64,000 bases of DNA. It comes from Raja brachyura. Taxonomy: Eukaryota. Positions 53,897-64,000 of this stretch are shown piece by piece. The position numbers were made by a program, and so were the translations under genes. The DNA lies in the NCBI GenBank assembly GCA_963514005.1, contig OY740785.1, positions 10,912,001 to 10,976,000 on the forward strand, written 5' to 3'. The notes beneath the pieces were generated by a model. It saw only the letters and a program-made list of their open reading frames with translations. It was not told where the DNA came from and did not search any database. How positions within the stretch are numbered: the first letter of the stretch is position 1; every line of letters begins with the position of its first letter.

Positions 53897-54016
53897 AGAA
53901 GCTTAAGTTCACTCCAACTCCACAGCAACATCAGTGTATGGAGCTGAATAAGGATATTACAATCCAGTGCTCTGCCACTGGTCGTGAGAAACCACTCATC
54001 AGATGGAGCAAAAATG
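53897..54016 (+). CDS. PTK7: PTK7 exon 10 (Ig6 N-half)
   Basis: cattgcAG / GTGAGA; EKLKFTPTPQQHQCMELNKDITIQCSATGREKPLIRWSKN; 120 nt. Confidence 0.95.
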
Positions 54017-54224
54017 GTGAGAGTTCTTTTATGGATATATTAGCAATGTTACAAAATTTTGAGATTTTAAAAATCAAGTCTGCAATTTATCCCATCAGAT
54101 AAAGCATAAAAAGAAGTTTAATTTGACTCCTAATTCACTTTCATATCTTCAGTATTAAGAAAGTTATGGCCATGTTCATACTCGGAAATTAGCAACTTGT
54201 TCCTTTCTTTTTATTGCCTTTCAA

Positions 54225-55080
54225 TTGACTTAACTCAAAAGCTGTGATCTGGAACAGTTAAAAGCCCATAACTTTCTTAAAAATTAAGAGAACTCAATGA
54301 AATTTTCAGTTATTATAGATTGAAGCATTCTGAAACAAATATGAAACAATCTTACTTGGATGACCTGAAATTGAAGCATATAATTAGTTAGTTATCTAAT
54401 TGTAGCTAATTACAAAATTCAATGAGTAGATCTAAACATCTATCCATTTCTTAAGAAAATATAAACTTTTTTAAAATTGCCTAAGTGTCCAAATAACATT
54501 CACACAATAATCCACAATATAACATAATTTTTAAATCTAATTTTCATGAATTTCTAGGCCAAATGGAAGGACTTTAGTGTTTTATGCCTGTAAATTAATG
54601 GCCATTTAAATCAACTAGCCAGTGGGTTTTAGTGGAATGCGGTGGATTGGAACGTTGAGGTTAGCGGTGAAGTCGGGAGGAAAAATACTGTTTGTTCGTA
54701 CATTTTTTTGGACCCCATTTCGCAACGTGAAAATATTATTAAAGCCTCCCGAAAAAACAACTTTTAATATAAAAATAAACTATTTACCTTTTTTTCTCCC
54801 CTACGCAAAATCCTTCCGGTTGTTGGTGCTCACGGCTTTTGAAGGTGATTTTTAAATTACTCTAGTTAATAAGTAATTTAGAGTAATTTAAAAATACCTT
54901 CATTCATGAAATGTCGGAGCGATTTTTCTTCCGCAACGAAATCGCCCGACATTGATCGATTTGCCCAGTCTGTAGAAAATGGCACTTTAAGCCCACCCCC
55001 CTCTGAAAGGCGCCAAAGTCGCGCACAGGGGAGCGGCAGAACTGCAGCGTTGCTCAAGGTAAGTTTTGTAACATACCTAG
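54225..55080. repeat. Unclassified interspersed element, probably a non-autonomous DNA transposon
   Basis: Compositionally distinct block, AT-rich then CpG-retaining, interrupting decayed LINE-like sequence; termini not resolved. Confidence 0.35.
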
Positions 55081-56646
55081 ATATATACCCAGGGCACCGA
55101 TCAGTAAATTCCACTGTATTTTAAACCTTGTTTTCAATCTTGTTAGAATGGTATTAGTTACCTTACTACTATTAAAAACTATTAAATTGTCAACTGAGAA
55201 TTGTTCTTTACCTCATCACGATGTTGTAAATCCGAGAGTCTCAGATATTTTTGTGCCTTATAGGATAGGTTCTCTCAAAACCTCCTGCCTTTTTGCGCAG
55301 ATGTTCCTTTCGGACATTGAAGCAACTATATTTCTTAGACCTTTATCATTACTATTCTGTTCAGAAAAAATCCCAGGCTTTCAGCTCAATTTCTTCACTC
55401 CCTGAACATCCTTGTTCTCTGCTCACTCCGCAGAATGTTGTAGCTGAATTCATTTACTTGATCTTCAAGCCGAGTAAATTTGGAGTTTCAGATTTCTAGG
55501 ATTTGTACTTGGGCCTTTTTTCCTGCTGGAAAGGATATGTGTTTATAAAGGATGCAAGTGTGTTTACTATTTTAAATTTTCCATATTTTGTGCTCAAAAT
55601 GGCTTACCAATTGTCTACCTCATACATTTTCCTTCAGTGACTGATGATAATTCCTTTGTTTTGCTTGTTGGAAGGTTCTTGCTCCTCGCTCTACACTGTC
55701 CAAATTCTACTCCACTGTCCATTAACTAATCATTGACCTTCTATTGTGTGAGCCTGGAGACAGTCATCAGGTTGATTCAGCAGTTCCCCTGCACATGCAG
55801 TTTGCATTAAGTATGGTTTAGTGGTACAGTGTCAGTACTGCTTAATCATTCTCCAGCGATCTGGGTTCACAATCTCTAAGAGGGTGGCATGAGAATTGGA
55901 TCCAAGAACAGTTGAAGGGGGGGAAAAAATGGGGTGAGGGTGCTTGAAGGCCGGTGCGGAGGCAATGGGCTGAAGAGCCTATTTCGGTATGTCACAGTAT
56001 GACTATAATCCCATCGTCATCCAATGTTAATCAAAAGTCGTTCCCAAATCTTTGTTACAGTATTATTAGATTTTTAAGTAATACTGCTTTAGTAATACTC
56101 TCAAACAAATGTATGAAATATGTTTATATTTTTGAAAATTTCCCTCAGATTTTGGAGTTTTATTCATTGCTTTTTAAATGTTTTCCCTCTTATCTTGGGC
56201 ATGACAATGGAGTTCTGGGCCACTGTTATCATTAAGCACCTTTGCCTGTGATCAGCTGCTTAGTGGAGAAACGCAGTTGAGGATGAGGAAAATCTGGGAG
56301 AATTAAATACAGTCTATGATGATCTGACACAATTGCTTCTGACAAGAGTTACAGCCTAACAACTACCATAAATGCATCATAAAGAAGTATTCTCGATGTC
56401 CTTGTGTGTTTAAGTCGGCATTTACCAGACTATTTAACAGAATCACAGTAGACTTTTGTCCCATTGTGTCCTGGCTGGTGGAGAAACCTACTCTGTTTCA
56501 TCGAATCTGCAGGGATCTTGTGATTCGCCCACTCAAGGTGTCGATTTTGTTAGCTGTTCAGCATTTATTTGATGATGCAGTTTTGTAATGGGCCAGTGCC
56601 TTTCATTCAGCATCAGAATAACTTGTGCTATTTCTAATTGGTACAG

Positions 56647-56793
56647 ATGGCAGTCGTATATCCCCTCACATTAGGCAGGAAGGCGGATTATTACACTTCA
56701 CCAATGTGACCAAAGGTGATGCCGGACAATATGCCTGTGTTGCATCAAACAGTCAAGGGAAAATCAGGGCGTCTGTCCGCCTTATCGTTGCAG
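56647..56793 (+). CDS. PTK7: PTK7 exon 11 (Ig6 C-half)
   Basis: gtacAG / GTATGA; DGSRISPHIRQEGGLLHFTNVTKGDAGQYACVASNSQGKIRASVRLIVA; 147 nt. Confidence 0.95.
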
Positions 56794-56805
56794 GTATGAT
56801 GCCTT

Positions 56806-57295
56806 TATTTGCAAAGCGAGTCTGGAGAGGTTTGCAAGGGTCCCTGTCACGATTTATTCCGAACAGCTCTGTCACAGAGGTCTCTGTGATGTACAGACTG
56901 TTCCCAGGGACGCATTCAGAGACTGACATCGAGCAGTGCTGGAAGGTCATCAACTCAGTGAAAGACGCTCTTTGGTCTGCCTGAGTTTTGTTGACCTCCC
57001 AGCAGAGCGGGATGTCTGCCTGGGAAAGTTGCTGACTGGCCCACTGCAGACTGCAGGAGTACGTGCTGAGGGATGCACTGAAGCTTGGTGCAGCCAACGC
57101 CAAGGCTCGGTTGGGGAGGACCACAGTCTAAGGCCCTTCACGCCAGTGGGCCACTTGAGTGGCAAGGGCGGGGGGAATAAATTGGTGTAATTTGTATAAA
57201 CAGTATTGAATGTTTGTATAGCCTCAGAGAATGTCGGATTTTTTTTTGCATGGTTCCTGTATTGTATATATTACTTGAATAAAGTCTATATTGAT
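56806..57295 (+). mobile_element. Tx1/L1-clade LINE 3' end directly after the exon 11 donor
   Basis: FAKRVW...LFPGTHSETDI..CWKVINSVKDALWSA*..LQEYVLRDALKLGAANAKAR.GRTTV*, then AATAAA at 57176 and 57278. Confidence 0.8.
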
Positions 57296-57764
57296 TTTTT
57301 TTTAATTATCCACCTCAGCTGTCTGTTCACCTAGTTATCTAGACTAAACTAAACTATGTGGCTCACTTTAATTCCAGTTTGAAATCAAGGAAACTTCATG
57401 GTTTGGAACGATCTTGATCATTGTGTTCAGGATTGGGGTGAGAGGCTTTGGATCATAATGAGTCGGTGTTGGGAAAGATTGGGGGGGGGGGGGGGGGCAA
57501 GGGCAGAGGGCAGAGGATGGCCAAGGGCAGAGGATGACACAGTGAGTCAGAAGCAATGGAGCCAGGTTCAAGTCTCACTCTGTATCCAACCAAGATTCTA
57601 CCAGATCTGGAGGTACTTGCTGCTGGCTGTATTGGGAAATAGAAAATGGATTGTTATTTATTACTGAAATTTCTCCTAATGACTGACGGAAATAAATAAA
57701 GCGTGCCTCACAACCCATACCTCTCCCTATCATTTGTATGCCACACATCTGTGTCTTTCCTTAG

Positions 57765-57915
57765 TCTTGCCAAAGTTTAAGATGGAGCCTGAGAACACAA
57801 CCGTGTACCAAGGATTCATTGCAGTGCTGAACTGTCAAGCCACAGGAGAACCACACCCTAACATTCATTGGAAAGTGAAGGAGAAGATCTTGGAGTCCAG
57901 CAAGGGCTCACAAAG
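57765..57915 (+). CDS. PTK7: PTK7 exon 12 (Ig7 N-half)
   Basis: ctttccttAG / GTATGA; VLPKFKMEPENTTVYQGFIAVLNCQATGEPHPNIHWK; 151 nt. Confidence 0.95.
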
Positions 57916-58085
57916 GTATGACATACTCTGTTACTAATGCAGGCAATATGAGTAAACTCTCCAGTTTGGCACAAAAGCCCGCTGGTGCTCTTGTTAGCCG
58001 TCTGGAATATTGCCTTAAACATGAATCCCGTAACCAGCCATGACTGAATTTTTCTTATGGTTTGTTTCTGCATATTTGATCACAG

Positions 58086-58213
58086 AATACGGAAAATGGA
58101 AAATGGCTCATTGATAATCTATGATGTCAGTGCAGATGATACAGGGAAGTACACATGCATTGCTGGCAACAATTGCAACATTCAGCACCGAGATGCCTTT
58201 CTCTATGTTGTCG
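58086..58213 (+). CDS. PTK7: PTK7 exon 13 (Ig7 C-half)
   Basis: cacAG / GTCTGT; IRKMENGSLIIYDVSADDTGKYTCIAGNNCNIQHRDAFLYVV; 128 nt. Confidence 0.95.
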
Positions 58214-58322
58214 GTCTGTATTATTCTGCTCATCACCTTAGCCTTGCATGACAATTGCAAATTGATAGTAAGAAATAAGATCTTAACTTTGCTACATGAT
58301 CTTTCTTTGCATGTACCTTTAG

Positions 58323-58523
58323 AAAAACCAGCAGCTCATGGAGATGATGATAAGCAGCATACACCGTATAAGATGATTCAGACAATTGGCCTTTCTGTCG
58401 GCGCTGCTGTTGCTTATATTATCAATGTACTGGGTCTCATGTTCTATTGCAAAAAGCGACGAAAGGCAAAGCGGTTGCATAAAGGACCAGAGGGCGAAGA
58501 ACCTGAAATGGAGGTACTGAATG
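58323..58523 (+). CDS. PTK7: PTK7 exon 14 (transmembrane helix)
   Basis: ctttAG / GTAAGA; EKPAAHG...PYKMIQTIGLSVGAAVAYIINVLGLMFYCKKRRKAKRLHKGPEGEEPEMEVLN; 201 nt. Confidence 0.96.
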
Positions 58524-59691
58524 GTAAGATGAACTAATGCCAGGTACCTTCAACAAATAACATGCTGGTGAAAATGAAAAAAACTATAGATGCTGGAAAT
58601 CTGAAGTAAAAACAAAAGCGCTTCAGGTCGGGCAACATCTGTGAAAGAGCAACAGAGATAACCCTTTGTCAGAACTGAGAAAGGAAACAAATTAATTACT
58701 GGTGCAGAGATGGGGAATGGATTCCTGGGGAGGAGGAGAAGGATAAGTTGTGCTTTAAGGACTGATCTTATCAAATGTTGTGAAGCTGCAACATTAGCAG
58801 ATCAGTTTATTTTTTTTAGGTTCCTGTGCATTCTTGGCTCATGCACTGGTAGTTTATCCCCTTGAGCTTGCACATTCTGAGGTCTTCACTGCTGTGAACA
58901 AGCTCCGTAAGCCTATATTTACTCGACGTCCTCTTATCTCTTCACTCAGCAGAAGTGTTATATAAAATTAACTGTTGACATGTATACACAAGTGAATTAC
59001 AATTGTTCACCACCATTGTGCGTGGAAATACTATCTGAGTTGATTCAGAAAGAGACATTCTATTTTTTTGATTCCCATCAGAGAAGGAAGAGGATGCAAT
59101 TTTTACAACTTAATAATACCTTGGAATGCTTTACCTTTCTGATGGGAAAAAAACATTCTTGGAGATCAACACCATGGCACAAACACTTAATTCCACTAAG
59201 TCCATGCCATCCATTAAACACCCATTTTTTACCCCGAAATCCCACACATATCCCATTTTATATTCCCCACATTCTTCCCCGCCCCCTGACTCTACTGTTG
59301 ACCCACATACTAGAGGCTTTTTACAAAGGCCAATTAACCTACTAACCTTCACGATTTTGCGATGTTGGAGGAAACACATATGTTCTTGGGAAGAGCGTGC
59401 AAACTCCACACAAACAGCAATAGGAGTTTGGATTGAATCCAAATCTCTGGAGCGTGAGCCAGCGGTTCTACGAACCGTGCTATATTCATGAAGATCAACA
59501 CTCAGCTTTCATGCTGACATAAGGATAAAACTGGAAAGTAAAATATGTGAATAGAAAGTTATTCTATGCCAATAATTAATAATTGAATTATAATCTTGTG
59601 TACAAATGTGTGTGTGCATTGTAAGATTATAATAGTACAAATAACTGAATGAAATGTATATTTTAAATTGCCTTTTTCTTTTGGATGCCAG

Positions 59692-59847
59692 GTGGCACTG
59701 TGCAGCAGAATGGCCAACTAACAGCTGAGATTCAGGAGGAAGCATCCATTAACAACATTAGCATGACAGTGGTACCCAACAAGCGTCACAGTATGCATGA
59801 TAAACTGCATTTCCCTCGTGCAAACCTCCAGACGATCACAACCCTTG
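59692..59847 (+). CDS. PTK7: PTK7 exon 15 (juxtamembrane)
   Basis: gccAG / GTACGT; GGTVQQNGQLTAEIQEE...NKRHSMHDKLHFPRANLQTITTL; 156 nt; not in the ORF track. Confidence 0.95.
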
Positions 59848-61335
59848 GTACGTAACCCGACCTATGAAACACGATACGGGTAGTGCAGTGGTTGGTGTCT
59901 ACGTGGATTTTAGTAAGACATTTGATGAAAGTCCCTTGTTAAGATTAAGATGCATGGGATCCATGGCGACATGACCAGTTGATACAGCACTGGATTACTC
60001 ATTGAAGACAGAGGGTTGTGGTGGAATGGTTTTATTCTGACTGGCGGTCTGTGAACAGTGGAGTTCCGCACGGATCTGTGCAGGGACCTCTGTTGGTGAT
60101 ATGTGGACGTAAATGGACATGGGTTAGTTAACAAGTTTATAGATTACATCAAAATTGGTCAAGTTACTGACAGTGAGGAAGGTTGTCAAAGTACATAGCG
60201 GGATATAGATCGGCTACAAAAATCGGCAAAGAAATAGCAGATGGAATTTAATTTGAGCAAGTATGAGGTATTGCCCATTGAAACTTAGAATATATGTATA
60301 ATTAATGGCAAGATCCCTAACAGCGTTGATGTACAGTGGGATCTTGGCATCCAAATCCATAGCTCGCTGAAAGTGGAGGAAAAGTGTACAAAACTCTTTC
60401 ACTTCTTTTCTACAGCAACCATTTTCAAAAAAATAATGATAAATCCCTTTCTTAAAACAAAATTGCACAAGAAAATTAATATAATCATAGAAATGTAATA
60501 TGATTATGACCAATTTTGACAGCCACACCCCTTTTTCTGTGTCATTTCTTCATACTTGTCTATTCCTTCATTTATCAAATTTCCAATTTATCCAACTCCA
60601 CTGTAAATAGTTCTCATGATCCAACTTCCACCACCCGTTGGGGCAGAATTCCAAGATTTGCCAGGCTCTGACAGAAAAGATTTCTATGTATCTCAATTTT
60701 AAATCTCCACCATTGATCCTTACTGAGGCGTGTACACCACTGATTTTCCTGAAGTTAATAACTAGCTCCTTTGTCTTGCTAACATTGAAGGGGAGGTGAT
60801 GTTTTGTCACCATGTTACTAAGCCCTCTATCTCCTTCCTATACTCTCCAATGTCAATGTTCAAAATCTGTCCCACTACGCCAATGTCATCTGCAAACTTG
60901 TAAATGTAGTTAGAGCAAAATTTGGCTGCACAGTTGTGAGAATATAGGAAGAGTGGTAATGGACTGAGAACACGTCGACTCAGGCTCCAAGATTGTTGGT
61001 GATAAGGATATCTAAGAACTTGGAGCTGCTGACCATCTCTACAGCAGCTCCAGTGATCAGGACCAGATTGCATTCACTCCATTACCTCGTTAGGTCAACA
61101 ACAAACATTTTCTTCTTGCTGGTGGGCTAGGTTATCATCCCAACACCATGGCACAACATTTTCAATCTCGCCTTCTTCATCTCATCACTGTTGTTGATCG
61201 GCCAATTACAGTGATAGGACATTATAACAATTACATTTGCCTCGAATAAAATGAAAAGGCACATTATTTCAACATAGAACAGAATAGTCCAGGACTTTTG
61301 GCCTGTGCTGAACATGATGCCAGGACCAACTCTTA

Positions 61336-61540
61336 AGAGCCTATCCCACTTGGGCGACCTAATCTGTGAGTTCTGGCAAGTTTGCCCTCGACTCATACTC
61401 GCAGCACGGTTGACACAAGGTCGTAGGAGGTCTTTGTAACTCTCCTTCATGCCCGAGAGTGGTCTCCGCGTACTCGAGGCCTCAGCTAGGTCGCGGCGTT
61501 TTTTTCAATATGTTAAAAAATGCCCACGAGTAAAAAAAAG
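61336..61540. mobile_element. Half of a PIF/Harbinger-type MITE
   Basis: Starts (taa)gagcctatcccactt like the 8488 element and ends at the central tttttcaatatgttaaaaaa palindrome. Confidence 0.6.
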
Positions 61541-63676
61541 TGTGCCAGAGAAAACAATCCAAATCTATCCCAACCTCTCCTTGTAGTTCATACCCCTGAT
61601 CCAGGCCTCATTCCAGTAAACCTCTACACCCTTTTCCAATCCCTCCACATCCTTCCTTTAATAGAGCACCCAGAACTGTATGCAGTAATCCGTATGCGGC
61701 CTAACGAAAGTCATAAGAAGCTGCATCATGACTTCCTGACTCTTATACTCAATGCCCCGACCGATGAAAGCAACCATACCATATATGCTTTTGTTACTAT
61801 TCTATTTACTTATGTTGCTACTTGCAGGAGGTTATGAACTTGAACTCCAAAATCCCTCTGTGCATCAATGCTGTTAAGGGTCATGCTGTTAACTCTATAT
61901 TTTCCCTTTACATTTGACTTCCTGGATGCAACACCTCGCACTTGCTCGATTAAACTCTATCTGCCATTGTGCACCTATTTCCGTAGCTGATCTATATCCC
62001 GCTCTATACTTTCACAGCCTTCCTCACAATCGGCGACCACAGCAATCTTGGTGTCATCTGCAAACTTACTAACCAACTTGTCTATGTTTATATCCAGGTC
62101 ATTTATACATATCACAGACACAAATCTCTGCGGAATTCCACTAGTCATAGACCTCCAGCCTGAATATTGTCCTTCCATCGCAACCCTCTGCTTTCAATCA
62201 GGAAGACAGTTCTGAATTCCTACAACCATGTCATTGTTAATCGCATGTATCTTAATCTTCTTTATCAAATGCAAAAATTCAGGTAGACAACAACCATCGC
62301 CGTAACCTCATCAGCGAACTTAAAGATCAAGTTGGCATTGTACTTGGCTACACATCATGAGTGCACAGGAATAGAGCAAGGGACTGAGCACACAATCTTG
62401 AGAGGCACCAGGGTTGAGGGTCAGACTGGAGGAAATGTTATGACCTATTATAAGTAGCAGAGGTTTGTTGGCCATGGAGTCCAGAAGCAAGTTGCAAATG
62501 GAGGCCCTAAAGTCAAGGTCCAAATGTTGGGTTGTGCTGATCAGGTATTATAGTTTTGGAGGCTGAGCTGTAATCCATGTATAGCATCCTACCGTGGGTA
62601 TTCTTATTATTTGCACGATCCTAGGCTGAATCTATTGCAAGAGGGATGGCGCCCTTGGTAGATCTCTTTTCCTTTGAATTGCAGAGGGTCTAGATTGTCC
62701 AAAAGACTGACGCAGATGTGGGCTATTACCCCTTAAAACTCTGTGAGGGAGAGAAAATGCGATGTGGAACTTTAAATTCACATAGTATTTGTGGAAGGAA
62801 TTGCATTTTTTCTTTAGTGTCTAATTGATTCGTTTTTGGCGTCATTAGTTGTGGGGCTTCAAACCAACCGCACTTTAAAGCCAATGAGTCTCAGCTATTT
62901 CTTGTGTAAGGCATCCTTGCATTTGAACGTCAAATGCTGTTAGTACAAACTTAAAAGAATGCCATTTGAGCTTGAAATCAACAAGCTGTTAGAATTTATT
63001 TAAAAATTAGATGGTTTAGTGATGAAGAATTAAAAAAAAAAATAGTACTGCCCACCGTCACAGCAGTGTTGATGGGTATTTCATGCAATAGTGCAGAACA
63101 TTACAAACCAGGAAAGTTGCAGGTTCCATCCTGTTAGCTGCTGCGTTTGCTTCACATTATGGCAAGGATTGAAATCAGATGCAGTTGATTTCAAGAGTCA
63201 GAGAGAATGAGCCAGGATCATATTTCTATCTGTTATTCAATCGTAAACATGTGCATGAACATCACATGAGGCATAATCCGTCACAGCTGTGATGCCTGTT
63301 CGGGCCAGGAACATTAGGTAGTGGGGCCATTAATCCTCTGCACATGTATCAAGCTTGAATGAATATGTCAGGAGAAAAGGAGTGGGTGAAGGTTGCCTTC
63401 AGGGCACACAGTATCTGGCCTACAATTCTTTCTCCAAATTAAACACTCTCACCAGATTTACTCACTGTCCAGGAATCTGTTACTGCATGGCCTATCTCAA
63501 TAGAGCCCCCTACAAGGTGTGTTGTCCGTGGCTTGATGAGTTTAACTCCTATGCACGCAGAACGTAGAACATTGTTTAGTTGTGAGCAAATATTCAAGGA
63601 TCCCACTCACTGGATGGTGCTTTTGTTTTAAGCTGTGTACTGTTTTAAAGTTTGGATTTCATGTTTATAAATGCAG

Positions 63677-63909
63677 GAAAAGGAGAATATGGCGAGGTCT
63701 TCTTGGCCAAAGCCAAAGGGATTGACAAAAGTGAGCCCGAGACGGTTGTCCTGGTGAAGAGCCTGACCACGCGGGATGAGCAGCTGCAGCTGGAGTTTCG
63801 GCGGGAGTTTGAGATGTTCAGTAAAATGAATCACAGCCATGTAGTGAGACTTCTGGGCCTGTGCCGGGAAGTGGAACCACAATATATGATCACCGAATAT
63901 GTGGACCTG
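63677..63909 (+). CDS. PTK7: PTK7 exon 16 (pseudokinase N-lobe)
   Basis: atgcAG / GTAAGA; GKGEYGEVFLAKAKG...VLVKSL...EFRREFEMFSKMNHSHVVRLLGLCREVEPQYMITEYVDL; 233 nt. Confidence 0.96.
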
Positions 63910-64000
63910 GTAAGAGACCAGAGTGGAAGCTTTTCTACTAAACTGTTAGTTATCTCTATAAATAGTCTAAATATGAAATTAAAAGTCTTAATCTCGCACA

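Larger units (their letters stand above)
13524..63909 (+). other. PTK7: PTK7 gene body (exons 2-16 present; exon 1 upstream and C-terminal kinase exons downstream of the window)
   Basis: 15 exons splice with AG/GT sites and matching phases into one open frame: 7 Ig domains, TM segment YKMIQTIGLSVGAAVAYII.VLGLMFYCKKR, juxtamembrane DKLHFPRANLQTITTLG and kinase N-lobe. All are recognisable PTK7 sequence. Confidence 0.97.

Noticed and set aside
54225-55080. Helitron call from the terminal CTAG
   Set aside because: CTAG is followed by A not T, and no subterminal hairpin or 5' TC boundary was found

Overview
This is eukaryotic, repeat-rich genomic DNA, most likely from a cartilaginous fish (skate/ray-like, judged from HE1/V-SINEs and CR1 and Penelope repeats). 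The whole window lies inside one + strand gene, PTK7 (CCK4 receptor pseudokinase). Fifteen coding exons (exons 2-16 by human numbering) were mapped by hand with AG/GT sites and consistent phases. They encode seven Ig domains, the transmembrane helix, the juxtamembrane region and the pseudokinase N-lobe. Exon 1 and the last exons lie outside the window. The introns hold Tc1, hAT, Harbinger-type MITEs, Helitrons (one nested pair), an internally deleted Gypsy LTR element, a solo LTR, CR1/Rex-Babar/Tx1 LINE fragments, SINEs and Penelope-type repeats with hammerhead ribozyme cores. The most striking observation is a ~315 bp, ~95% identical inverted copy of exon 5 plus its donor site and intron, inserted in intron 3. 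It could pair with exon 5 in the pre-mRNA. Second is a Tx1 LINE ORF2 tail lying in frame directly after exon 11 with its own poly(A) signals, a possible route to a secreted PTK7 isoform. Repeat family names come from motif recognition only, and most repeat boundaries are approximate.
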